Source of the DNA: Octopus sinensis | Taxonomy: Eukaryota | Direction: 5' to 3' | Length of the DNA stretch: 64,000 nucleotides | Assembly: GCF_006345805.1 (NCBI RefSeq) | Contig: NC_042999.1 | Location: 5,518,001-5,582,000 of the forward strand | Shown here: piece after piece, positions 25,501 to 38,139 of the stretch | Position numbering within the stretch: position 1 is the stretch's first letter | Layout of the letters: every line of letters begins with the position of its first letter | The notes under the pieces: generated by a model | Told to the model about the DNA's origin: nothing | The model's database searches: none | Seen by the model: the letters and a program-made list of their open reading frames with translations, nothing else | Translations under genes and position numbers: made by a program

Positions 25501-27499
25501 CCAGTCGAGGCGGCGCTGGCATCGGCCACGAGTCGGATAGTGCTTTTTACGTACCACCAGACCAGGGATCCTGGCTGGTTCAATTCGATTTTGATTTCGC
25601 TTGCTCCAACATGTCTTCGCAAGCAAAGGAGGTTAGCACTCCATACTTATTCTTTTTAAGCCTGGTACTTATTTTGTTGGTCTCTTTTGCTGAACCACTA
25701 AGTTACAGGGATGTAAACACACCAACACTGCTTGTCAGTATAGCCTCCAATTTCCTGGATATACAAGGGTCTGCTGAAAGGTTCCTGGCTTTGGGTAAAA
25801 GAAAATACAGGAGGATCAGTGAATTAATTCTATCCAACATATTCCCCTCTCAGATTCACACACTTATTGCAGCGGTCCTTCAGTTTTTCTGGGCCCTGAA
25901 AAAGAACCCAGAAGGTTGAACCTCCAACCAAGCCTTTCACAATACCCTTAAAACCAGGAACTTTTCAGCACCTGCTCATATATGAATTTAGCCCACCACA
26001 AAAATTGACGACCTAGGGTTCAGCTCTACTGTGATATCCATTACTTAAAAACTCTACTCAGGTCTCATGTAATCTATATGGCAACAGATGAAAAAATTAT
26101 AGATAGCCTAATCCCTCCCCTGATATTTACAATTGAACAGGTAAAGCACAGAATATGATGATGATGATCTAGACACTGACAACTTTATGGTTCAGCTGTA
26201 CTGAAATAACTCAAAGTGATTACCTCAAACCTCTATTAATATTGACACACTAGGGTCTCCCTTCAGTATAGATGGCCTAAACCCTCCAGTGCCATTAACA
26301 GAGCAGGACCTAGCTCTGACAACATATAAGCTTTAAGATCTCAACTAACTCAGGTGCCAATGTCACCCATATACATTGCCTAAGCCATCCACCAATCTTC
26401 CTAACTTGTGGTTCAATTACACTGATGGTGATGGCTTAAGCCCTTGACTGATATTGATGATGCAGCTGCTAAGAATTCCAATAAAACTCGCAAACAAGAA
26501 CCTGCTGCAACATCACAGATGACCTAAACCAGTGATTCTCAACTTTTTTTAATATCCAAAACCTAAGTCTTTTGGTGGGATCGGCAACAAAAAAACGTAA
26601 AGCACAATTCAATTAAAGGAAGTTGTATTTATAGAGGGAAAACCATTAAGGGCTGCTATAACCACTGGCCTAAACTCTCCACTGATTATCATCATCATTG
26701 TTTCACGTAAATTTTCCATGCTAGCATGGGTTGGACTGTTTGACTGAGGTCTGGAGAGACAGCAGCTGCACCAATCTGATCTGGGAGTGTTTCTACAGTT
26801 GGATACCCTTCCTAATGCCACCAGCACAGGAAGCCGGTCAGCGGGTACTGGCATCGGCCACGTTCCGATGGTGCATTTTATGTGCCACAGCCATGGGAGC
26901 CAGTCAGGTGGACTGGACCTGGCATCAACCACATTCAGATGGTGCTTTTTTACGTGCCACATATGTTTACAAATATACACACAAACACATAAATACATAC
27001 ATATATACACACATATACATATATACACATATGTACATATACACACATGCATCATAATCATCATCATCGTTTAACGTCCACTTTCCATGCTAGCATGGGT
27101 TGGACGGTTCAACTGGGGTCTGGGAAGCCAGGAGGCTGCACCAGGCCCAGTCAGATCTGGCAGTGTTTCTACAGCTGGATGCCCTTCCTAACGGCAACCA
27201 CTCAGTGGGTGCTTTTTATGTGCCACCGACACAGGGGCCAGGCGAGGCTGGCAACGGCCACATCAATATATCTATATACCTCTTAACCCTTATACCTTTG
27301 AATGTATATACATACACATATGCATACCAACATACATGCATGTGCATATATAATATAATATATATGTGTGTGTGTGTATATATATATATATATGCATACA
27401 CACACACACACAAACAATTCTCCATTTATATAAAAAAAAAAGTGGAAATGGTATCCAGATGACTGCTTCATATTCAGGACAAAAAAAAAAAAAAAAAAG

Positions 27500-27965
27500 G
27501 GACTTTGGAATCTTTCACTCACTTTTAAATAATTTACATACCTCAATAAAAATTCGCCATGGAACAACACACAAAGGAATTACCATTTTTAGACATACTT
27601 CTAATTAAAGAAAATAACAACCATAAAAACAGATTTCTTCTACAAACCTACAGACACACACCAATATTTGAACTTTCATTCCCTTCTCCCATACCAAAAG
27701 AAACGTACCCTTTGATATGGCAAAATGAATTGGAAATATTTCTAAAGAAATACAAGAATAGCCCAGTAGTTTAATTAACACAGCAATCACCAAAGCAGAA
27801 AACATCCCAGCTACAGACCTCAGAGGAGAACGAACACACAGAAATAAAAATAAACTCATAAACATTCCTTTTGCCATCACCCACAACCCAAGAAATCATG
27901 TCGTCATCAATACTGCAAAAAGATACCTCCCAATTCTTCAACAATCATCAAGAATGAACAAATTA
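27500..27965 (+). mobile_element. Penelope-like element RT C-terminal/thumb fragment, frameshifted
   Basis: Across frameshifts: FHSLLNNLHTSIK..MEQHTKELPFLDILL..TIKTDFFYKPTDTHQYLNFHS, matching the PLE motif LN..HP.IKFT.E..LPFLD...Y.KPT...YL...S.HP. Confidence 0.85.
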
Positions 27966-28117
27966 ATAACACATTATTTACATTTGATGGATATTTGTCC
28001 TCATCTTGTTTGTTGTTAACACAACGGTTCAGCTGATACACCCTCCAGCCTTCAACAGGTGTTTTGGGGAAATTTCTAACCTGGGTTCTCATTCCTAAGG
28101 TATTTTTCGATGTTATT

Positions 28118-28362
28118 AGTGATTAACAGTGTGGTCTGCTAACCCCAAGATTCTGAGTTCAATTCCAGGCAGTGACCTGAATAATAATAATAACATCAAA
28201 AAATACCTAAGGAATGAGAACCCAGGTTCGAAATTTCCCCAAGATACCTGAAGAAGGCTGGAGAGTATATCAGCCAAAACGGTGTGTTAATAAACAAGAT
28301 GAGACCAAATATCCATCAAATGTAAATAATGTACATAATTCCTAATCTCTTAAATACAGGAC
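28118..28362 (+). mobile_element. tRNA-head SINE with (AAT)n linker and hammerhead-bearing PLE-type body; family copies at about 10965-11205(-), 21995-22190(-), 22187-22336(+), 27967-28112(-), 35440-36010(-), 58690-59100(-), 59100-59165(+)
   Basis: Shared head with A-box TGGCGTAGTGG (pieced together from copies) and B-box GAGTTCRATTCC, a shared linker, and a shared body of about 170 bp. Confidence 0.8.
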
Positions 28363-30066
28363 TAAATTAATAACGGATTCAAAAATAATTTGTAGCAGAC
28401 ATCAAACACCCAACCTAAAACGAAATCAAGGTTCAAGCACCATTGATATAGAAGACTTCTGCTATCCACTGACATAGGCAATCTAGGGCCCAGCGCCATC
28501 ATTATATGTGACCTAAACTCTCTACTTACATTAAAATCTAGAAACTAGCTCCATAATATAAGGATGGCAGAAGTGCTCTTCTGACAACTTTTGAACCAGC
28601 TCCACCGATATAGTTCACCAATCCCCCAAAAGATGGCCTAAGGCTTCCACTATCATAGGCAATCTAGCCCCTACCTGCACTTAAGCTCTTGACTGTCTTT
28701 AACAACCTGGTCCCCAGCTCCATAGCTATATATATATATGACTTAAGCCCCTCAACTAACAGTGATAAATTGAGCCTCAGCTCCAGCTGATAAGGATGAC
28801 CTGAGCCCTTCCCTATCATTGTTATCATAGGCCCTAATTCCACTGATAAAGTTGTCCCAAACCCTCTTCTGACACTGACATCTTAGGTCCCAGCTGCACT
28901 GGTTTTGTAAATGAAATTCTTCTGCTTACATCGAGAAACTAGGCCTTAGATCCATGATAGATGAGCAAAGACCTTCACCTCACTTTCATATTCAAAGCCA
29001 CAGCTCCAATGACGTTGATAGCCTAAGCCTTCCTCTGGTGTTATCAACCAGGTATTTGCACCACCAACACAGATATGGATGGCATTGTAAATAGTCTTGG
29101 CAACTATACCTTGTCTCAAAGACAGAGAGTATGTTGTAGACATTTTGGGGCAACTGCTGTTGATGTGGATATCTTCCAAACCTGGTAGAGCAGAACTGAC
29201 ATGGAGATGTGTTGGTATCTTTGTCTCTTTTCTTTATCAGGTATTTAGTAGTTATCTCTTGTTCCTGGTTAGTAAAGGGCATATTTTAGGTGTGGTGTAT
29301 CTATCACAGGGCCAGGAGAGGTTACTCTTCTTGCCAATACTGTTATTCTCTAGTTTATGCTTTGCTTTTTTGCTGCTGTGATGCATGTTTCTCCTCCAAG
29401 TTTCTGTCTAACCCTTTCCTTACTGTATTTATTCTGAGATGCTTTGTGTTTCTTTCAATTAAAGAATTTAGTAAAATAACTCAGTTATTATTAAGCTAGT
29501 GTTAGGAACATAAATTGTGACTAAGGTTTGGTGGAAGATTTTAATTCAAAATTTATGAAAACAAGACATTTTTACTACAGAGCCAGAGGCAGTTTCAGCT
29601 GGGTTGGTATCGATACCAACCCAGCTGATTCTTTTGCACTCAGTCACTCACTTTCTCTCTCACTCAATCCCTCTCTCACCGATTCTTTTGCACTCACTCC
29701 CTCTCTCACCTACCCTCACTTAACCACTTCCTCAAACAAACTCTCAGACATTAAATAATGATGGTATTTGTTCACCCTCTTAATAATGCCATTCATTAGC
29801 TGAAGTCATCATCATCGTTTAACGTCCGTTTTCCGCGCTTGCACGGGTTGGACAGTTCGACCGGGGTCTGGGAAGCCAGGAGGCTGCACCAGGCTCCAGT
29901 CTGATCTGGCAGTGTTTCTACAGCTGGATGCCCTTCCTAATGCCAACCACTCCGTGAGTGTAGTGGGTGCTTTTTACGTGCCACCGGCACGGAAGCCAGT
30001 CGAGGTGGCGCTGGCATCAGCCATGTACAGATGGTGGATTTTACATGCCACCGGCACAGGTATCGC

Positions 30067-30752
30067 AACAACAATCAAATCAATCAGTCTACTTACAGTT
30101 GGTTCTGAATCTATTTAAGTCCTTTCTTCGATACTTCAAGCGTCGATAGAGGCAGACACTTCTGTAAATTGGGAGAAAGACAGAGTCCAATCCTACAAGA
30201 GCGCCACCAACCCCGACAGCCAAGCTACCGAGCATAACTGACATTCATAAGATCTGGTCATCAAATCTAAGTAGAGACTTCAAATTTGAAATCTTCAAAG
30301 CCACAGTCAAACCAATTCTACTATATGGCTCAGAAACCTGGACGTTATCAAAGAAGCTTGAGGGGCGGTTGGATGGAACCTACACTCGCCTGCTTATGAG
30401 AGCTCAAAATCTCTCGTGGAAGCGCCATCCAACCAAAATGCAAATATATGGGAAACTACCACCTGTGTCATCTCTTGTGAAAGGTAGAAGAGTCCAGTTT
30501 GCTGGAAATTGTTGTAGAGCTGAAAAAGAGGTAATTTCTACTGTTCTCCTCTGGAAGCCATCTGCTCACGATACCAGAGGGCGCACACTCTCCTACCCTG
30601 ATGTAATCTCCAGGGATACAGGCATCCAGCAACAGGACCTCCGTAATGCCATGATGGACCATGAAGTCTGGCGTAACATAGTAAATTCCATTGTCTCGAC
30701 CACGGTCGAACAATGATGATGATGAAGCATAACTGAAGCCAGCAACTTTCCA
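30067..30752 (-). pseudogene. Inverted partial duplicate of RNF217 exon 3 plus about 30 nt of downstream sequence, interrupted by an RTE LINE
   Basis: 30067-30241 is the reverse complement of 18931-19105 with 5 transitions; 30737-30752 is the reverse complement of 18915-18930. Confidence 0.95.
30242..30725 (+). mobile_element. 5'-truncated RTE-type LINE (ORF C-terminus) with (TGA)n tail and 11-bp TSD
   Basis: Reads IHKIWSSNLSRDFKFEIFKATVKPILLYGSETWTLSK...VWRNIVNSIVSTTVEQ*; TSD AGCATAACTGA at 30231-30241 and 30726-30736. Confidence 0.9.
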
Positions 30753-31475
30753 AACAATTAGAAGCAGGAAACAAAACAACAATTATAATGCATTTTTTTT
30801 TTCGTTTTTTTTTCAGAAAGATTTTCATTTGATAAACTTTATATTTACATTAATTTCTTCATTCGGCTACAGAGTCTTCTAATTAGTCATAGTTTCCCTC
30901 CCAGATATCAGAGAAAATATATCTAAATGTATTAAAATTTAATCTCAGATCTACATATAGATCAGATACACATGTATCAGACCTACATATATGTATATCA
31001 GATATCACAAAGATTTTGAAATATATGTATATATATGTATATATATATTTGAAAATGGACCTGTTGGACTGACTCTAGAAGATCAGTCCAACTTGTTTCG
31101 ACAAGCAAGGAACCGAGAATGTTTTCTAAATGAATTGACAAATGTCAGGTTTTAAATGGATAGCAAAATTAGTAAAAGCATATGTGGTCTGTCCTACTGC
31201 ACATAATCACCCAGAACATCATTAAAAGATGTAACGATCCTACAATGTTCCAATAATTCAAGTCCTTTTCTGTGTCCCTTTTTTTTTCTTTTGTCTTTCC
31301 ATTTCAATATATTTGAGGTTTTATAAAAATAGCTATATGTCTTCTTAAGCGATTCGATGACCTGGCCCAAGCAGGTGGCTCTGGAATGATACTTGCTGAC
31401 CCTTGCGGGTTACCAAGGAAGATTAGAATGATAGGAAACTGGAATCTCGGCTGATGCCTAGGCAATCGTGAAGAA

Positions 31476-31580
31476 TCAGAGATCGTCATCCCCTATTTCT
31501 TCGAATGCGTTATTTTCCAAAACACTTTGGATGTTTTGACCATCTCGTGATGCCTTGAATGAAACGTTGGCAAATTTGTC
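31476..31580 (-). CDS. SNX17: SNX17 terminal coding exon
   Basis: ttgtttcag|; DKFANVSFKASRDGQNIQSVLENNAFEEIGDDDL*, matching the conserved SNX17 C-terminus (human NFAFEGIGDEDL). Confidence 0.95.
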   Translation of the reverse strand, partial: DKFANVSFKASRDGQNIQSVLENNAFEEIGDDDL

Positions 31581-32219
31581 CTGAAACAAGATTAAAAGAA
31601 ACAAAGATGTAACCAATGATCAACAAAAGGGTGCAACATGATTTCTAACATGAAACACAAGAAAACTGTCATTGGGGAATAATAAGACAATTATTTGACG
31701 ACTGGCTCCCATGCCAACCTCCCTTCATTGGACACTAAACTCTGCTTGCGAAGACCTGTTGGGGCAAGTGAAATCGAAATTGAACCAAATCCTATGACTG
31801 GCACCCGGCCGTTGGACTGACGCCTGTGCAAGTGGCAAGTAAAAAAAACACTGTTTCAACCCTGTGCTTAAGGAGACCTATTGAGTCAAGTACATCAACA
31901 TCAAAAATCAATGGAAATTGTAGTTGTGATCCCTGTGCCGGTGGCACGTAAAAAGCACCAACCGATTGTGGCTGTTGCCAGCCTCACCTGGCACCTGTGC
32001 CGGTGGAACGTAAAAAGCACCCACTACACTCATAGAATGGTTGGCGTTAGAAATGGCATCCAGCTGTAGAAACACTGCCAGATCAGACTGGAGCCTGGTG
32101 CAGCCTCCTGGCTTCCCAGACCCCAGTTGAACCATCCAACCCATGCTAGCATGGAGAACGGACGATGATGATGATGATTTGACTGAAAAACATCATTAGT
32201 TGACTAACGAGTGATACAA

Positions 32220-32443
32220 GTAACCCTTTAGCATTTAAACCGTCCACATCCAACCCAAATATTCTGTTTTATGTTCATACTGGCCAGATGTGGCCTCTCA
32301 GACCTACCCTGCTATGTCATTCTAAAAACAAATAATCACATCATGGAAACCTCAAAATTTGAGATAATTCATGATTAATTCAAAACAATGTGAATAAACA
32401 AACATTACATTTGACAGAGTAATCTGAATGCTGAAGAGTTAAA
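32220..32443. mobile_element. Second piggyBac-type MITE family; also 36985-37140, 47450-47676, 51085-51160
   Basis: TAACCCTTTAGCATT...AATGCTGAAGAGTTAA ends and a shared body. Confidence 0.7.
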
Positions 32444-33394
32444 TGACATCCAGTTATTGGATCAAAACAGGAAACTCTAGGATATAGCAAAGGGAGGATG
32501 GTACGGTCAGATCTGAAAGCCTCACAGTTGTGCAAACCTCTCCAACCCACATGGATGCTAAAACAATGATAACTGGAAGCTAAACTAACCTCTCTGTGTT
32601 TTTCACATCATAAAGGGTATCCAACTGTAGAAACCTCGCTAGATCAGATTGGAGCCTGGTGCAACCTCCTGGCTCGCCAGTCCTCAGTCAAACCGTCCAA
32701 CCCATGCCAGCATGGAAAGTGGAAGTTAAACAATGATGATGATGATGATGATGATGATGAAGGCAACAAGCTGGCAGACTCATTAGCATGCTGGGCAAAA
32801 TGTTTAGCTGCAGTTTGTCTGTCTTCATGCTTTGAGGTTGACTTTTGCCTTTCATCCTTTCAGAGTTGATAAAATGAGTGCCAGTCGAGTGCTGGGGCTG
32901 ATACTATCAACTCACACCCTTCCCCAAATTGCTGGCTTTGAGCCAAAATCTGACACCATCATTAACTTTGTTGTTATTATCAACATGGCTTTCTTAACCC
33001 TTTCGTTACCATATTTCTGTTGAGATGTTTCTTTCAATTAATTTTAAATATAACAAAGAATTTAGTAAAATAACTTAGTTATCATTAAGCTAGTGTTGGG
33101 AACATTAATTGTGGCTAAGGTTTGGTGGAAGATTTTAATTCAAAACATTTGCACAACAGAGCCAGAGCTGGTTCCAGCCGGGTTGGTGTCAAAAGGGTTA
33201 AGATAGTTTTATAAATATTGCTTTTAATCCAAACTCAGTTGTCTATTATTTTTTGTGATTTGTGATGAAGTCTTGTTACAATACTCAAGCGATGTCTGTT
33301 TGTTTTTTTATCATTGTTATATAACCAGAGAGTAGCAATAGTAGTTAATATTTACATAAACATGAACACAGCACATTTGTTCTTTCTTATAGAA

Positions 33395-33596
33395 CAGTGG
33401 TTCTCAGCCATTTTTGGCCTATGGACCCCTTTGATTGTCAATTTACTTGGATGTACCCTCCAGGCCATTCAGTGCTTAAAAATAATCCTATTCAATTTTT
33501 ATAATTAAATATTATAACCAATTTATTGCAGATGAATTTTAACAAAATCTTATATGGACCGCTAAAGGTCATATGAACCCCAGTTGAGAACCCTTG
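33395..33596. mobile_element. hAT-type MITE
   Basis: CAGTGGTTCTCA / TGAGAACCCTTG termini; imperfect 8-bp TSD (ttatagaa / ttatacag). Confidence 0.7.
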
Positions 33597-33643
33597 TTAT
33601 ACAGAGAGAAGGGAAAACTATATAAAGTGTGGCAACTACTTAC

Positions 33644-33700
33644 AGATATCTTTTTCACAGAATCCACAGCTTTGTTGATGGCGCTCTGTTGGTAGTCATT
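33644..33700 (-). CDS. SNX17: SNX17 exon (tail)
   Basis: ttatttttccag|; NDYQQSAINKAVDSVKKIS; donor gtaagt; 57 nt, phase 0. Confidence 0.8.
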
Positions 33701-35577
33701 CTGGAAAAATAAGAAAATAAGATTAATCCAAACATAATAATGAAGGAATGGAAAGATTCTTAAAAACAGAGGAAAATCTCTCAAATTGGAAAATGGTACC
33801 AATGAGTTATTAGTATCAACATTATAGGATATGGAATATAATTCAAGAATGCATGTGAAAACATAATGGCTGAGAGAGAATGGGGTTATGATGATGTAGT
33901 GTGACAGGGAGAAAAGTTTGTTAAACCAGCGCATGTGTGAGTGCAACAGTTGTCGTTAATGATCTGAATAGGAGTTCTGAAATGTTGAAGACAAATGTCA
34001 GAGTTTTGTTTGATACAAGAGAAAACAGTGGCAAGGAATGGTAAAGAAAATGGAAAATTTTGCGTTTGCACAGAGGAGCTTGTAATAAAAGAAATCTAAG
34101 ACAGATACTAATTCAGGGAACCAAAGGAATGAATAGACAAGAAGAAAATCAAAAATCAAAATCAAAATCAAATTCGATGACTGGCATCCGTGCTAGCGGG
34201 GTGCGATGAGCACCATACGAGTGTCTTCATTGACAGAGCAGTTAACTGGCTTCCGTGCCAGTGGCACTTAAAAGGCACCATTCAAGCGTGATCATTACCA
34301 GCATCGCCTTACTGGCCCCCGTGCCGGTGGCATGTGTAAAAGATTCGAGCGAGGTTGTTGCCAGTACCGTGTGACTGGCCTCCGTACCGGTGGCACGTAA
34401 AAGCACCCACTACACTCTCGGAGTGGTTGGCGTTAGGAAGGGCATCCAGTTGTAGAAACTCTGCCAGATCAGATTGGAGTCTGGTGCAGCCATCTGGTTC
34501 GCTAGTCTTCAGTCAAATCATCTAACCCATGCCAGAATGGAAAGCGGATGTTAAACATCCAAAAAAATGGCACTCAATACACTCTTTTTCTACTCTAGGC
34601 ATAAGGCTTGAAATTTTTGGGGAAGGAGCCAGTTGATTAAATCAACACCAGTATGCAACTGGTACTTTTAATTTATCAACCCCAAAAGGGAGAAAGGCAA
34701 AGCTGACCTCGACAGAATTTGAACACAAAACATATAGCTTTTAACCTTTTACTGGCTTCAGACTTTGGACTGCATTGAAGAAGGATTTTGTTGATTAAAT
34801 TCATGGCAGAAGTCATGTCTTATTTCAGCTGAATTGCTAAGTTACAGGAATGTAAACAAACCAACACAGATTCCTAAGCCCTGTGAGACAAACACAAACA
34901 CATATGTGCAGTGTGTGTGTGTGTGTGTAATTGCTATTGTTTTAATTTTTTTATTCTTTTACTTGTTTCAGTCATTTGAATGCAGCCATGCTGGAGCACC
35001 GCCTTTAATCGAGTAAATCGACCCCAAGACTTATTTTTTGTAAGCCTAGTACTTATTCTATCAGTCTCTTTTGCCAAACCACTAAGCTACGGGGACATAA
35101 ACACACTGGCATCGGTTGTCAAGCGACACATTGGGGGGACAAACATAGACACACAAACATATACATACATACATACATATAACAGTCTTCCTTCAGTTTC
35201 CGTCTACCAAATCCACTCACAAGGCTTTGATCAGCCCGTGGCAATAGTAGAAGACACTTGCCCAAGGTGCCACACAGTGGGACTGAACACAGAACCATGT
35301 GGTTGGTAAGCAAGCTACAGTCACTCCTGCAATCTACTTTTCATTAATTTACTCCTGAATTTTAAATGTAGGGCCTGTGCAGACTGGTGGGTTTATGTGG
35401 AGAATAGAATTATTGCAATAAGAAGTTGATTACGTTATTTACATTATTTACATTTGATGGATATTTGTCCTCATCTTGTTTGTAGTTAACACGTTTCAGC
35501 TGTTATACCCTCCAGCCTTCATCAGGTGTCTTGGGGAAATTTCGAACCTGGATTCTCATTCCTAAGGTATTTTTCGA

Positions 35578-35614
<37 letters not shown>

Positions 35615-38139
35615 GCATGTGAGAGAGCAGTACATGCCATCAAAGTGACACTAGGGTAAAATATACGAAACCCAGTATACTCATCATGACTACCTGTCTG
35701 ATAAGGGTACACCAGGCACATGCATCACAACCATATGTGTGTGACATGGTGATCTCATATCAAGATAAACAGCACATGACCTTGCAGGTGGGGCCCAGTT
35801 AGAATTTTCTTCTGGTCAAGTAGCCCATCCCATTAAAAAGGTCCCTGAATAAGAGTTGTTTAAGGACGTTGAAAGAAATACTTATGTTTCCAAGGGTGAA
35901 TTATTCAAACCCCAAAGAATCCCTCTCAACACATGGCTATTATTATTATTATTATTATTATTATCCAGGTCACTGCTTGGAATCGAACTCGAAATCTTGG
36001 GCATATGGCAAGACACTTGAGGCTGATAAGTCCACATCCCTCCATAAGGAGCATAGGACCAGTTAGTTGGTTTCTTGGTGCTTATATTCCTCCTCCTGGA
36101 CAGGATGCTGGTCCGTCACAGGATTATTCCTTTTTTTGCCACCTGAGTGGACTGGAGCAACGTGAAATGAAGTGTTTTGCTCAAGAACCCAACGCATCAC
36201 CCAGTCCAGGAATCAAAACCACAATCTTACAATCATGAGTCCAGCTACCTAGCCACTAAGCCATGTGCCCACCACAACAGGTGGAAATATTTTTAATTTG
36301 TTGAGCCTTACAAAGTCTTTGAATGGAAGAAATGAAGATATGTCTTGGAATTCTTATTCTAATGGGAGATGTGCAGCTTCAAATTGAAGGAGACACCTGA
36401 GGCACAAGTTCACCCAGGATATAGGAAACCAATGCTCAGGAATAAATATCTTGTAAATATAAGTGAAAACATCTATATGTAATAAACTTACCTGTGTTCA
36501 ACCTACCTGGGCAGGTGAAAGTGATAAAGACAACAGGTAAAAAAAAAATCAACAACAAATGTAAAAACCACATTCACAATATACACCAATGATTGTTATT
36601 ATACTGTATCAGCAAATTCCATCCAAATTCATGCAAAAACTTACATTTCTCTGATTCAATTCTTTTACACTGACCTAACTGCCATTTCATCAAAACTGAT
36701 TCTAACAGAATTGGGAAATTTAAAGAAAGTAGCACAAAACTTAAGAGTTTGGTTCAGAAAAGGTAACTTCTGCTTTGTGTAGGATTATTTTAGCATTATA
36801 TGACTGTTTCTGTATGTGTGGTGGACCTCACTTCATTTCATTGGTTTCTAGCCTAATAAAACTATTCAGCTTAGAAATACAGCTATGGCTTACTTTTAGA
36901 TTAATTCTATCAAATATTGTGGTAGCTGACTGGGAAATGTTAAACTATTAGGCTTTAAGAAGTTTTTAATATTAAAATTAATGTTTAACCATTTAGCATT
37001 CAAACTGGCTATATCTGGCCCAATTATTTGAGACGTTTCATGATAAAACTGACCAGATCCAACCTCTTGAATCTACCCTACAATGTCATTCTAAAAACAA
37101 AGTCACATCATCAAAGTGATACAGGATCAATTCAAAAACAATTCTTATTCTTTTCTTTTACTTGTTTCAGTCATTTGACTGCGGCCATGCTGGACCATCA
37201 CCTTTAGTCGAACAAACTGACCCCAAGACTTATTCTTTGTAAGCCTAGTACTTATACTTTTGCTGAACTGCTAAGTTAAGGGGACGTAAACACACTAACA
37301 TGAGTTGGCAAGTGATGGTGGGGGAGCAAACAGACAGACACACACACACATATGAAAGGCTTCTTTCAGTTTCCATCTACAAAATCCACTTACAAAGCTT
37401 TGGTCGGCCCAAGGCTATACAAATTTTACCGGTGAGTGTGTTGAATTATAAGGCACAAAAAGAAAATGACTCTCCCCAGACACAACAGAATATGAAAAAT
37501 GTCCCCTCTCTTCACTTTTCACTCTTCAATAAGAATTTTCAACACGAGACAAGAGAAAAAAAAACTTAGTAGTGATTCCCTCCCTTTAAGCACTCTCCAC
37601 TGCCAATATGTACCAGCTTCCAGCAAAACAGAGCAATTCTATTATAGTCATAATTATGAACTGAGAAACATTTTGATGGGTTAAAAATACAGATAAAATA
37701 AGGAAAGCTTAGAGTATTATTGCTTTTGATGATAGCAGAGATTCTCTGTCTCATTACGAAAGAAAAGTCAATGGTAAGGAAGACAGACAAGAAGCAAAAG
37801 AATGTTAAATGGCAAAGAAAGAGGGGTCTTAAGAAGAAGATGTCATGATTACTGAAGAAGAGAGAGTAAATGAGGATGAACGCAAGTAATTTGACCAGGT
37901 AACCAAGTATTATCAGGGTTCAGGTGAGTTTAATGTTAAGAAAATGTTAATAACGGCGGTCAATTAGAATGGAAAAATCTCAAGAAACCAAGTATTGTTT
38001 GAAGTAAAGTTGAATATTTGATCATACAGTGTGTAGAATAGGGAGGGACACGACTAAAGGTATGTATATTTATTCATTCAAGAAATGTAGCATGGAAAAA
38101 GAGATCATTGCTTTTGATATGGAGTGACAGCGCTAAGCA

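Noticed and set aside
36484-36525. Resemblance to the U1 snRNA 5' end (ACTTACCTG)
   Set aside because: It is just the reverse complement of donor-like motifs; similarity does not extend.
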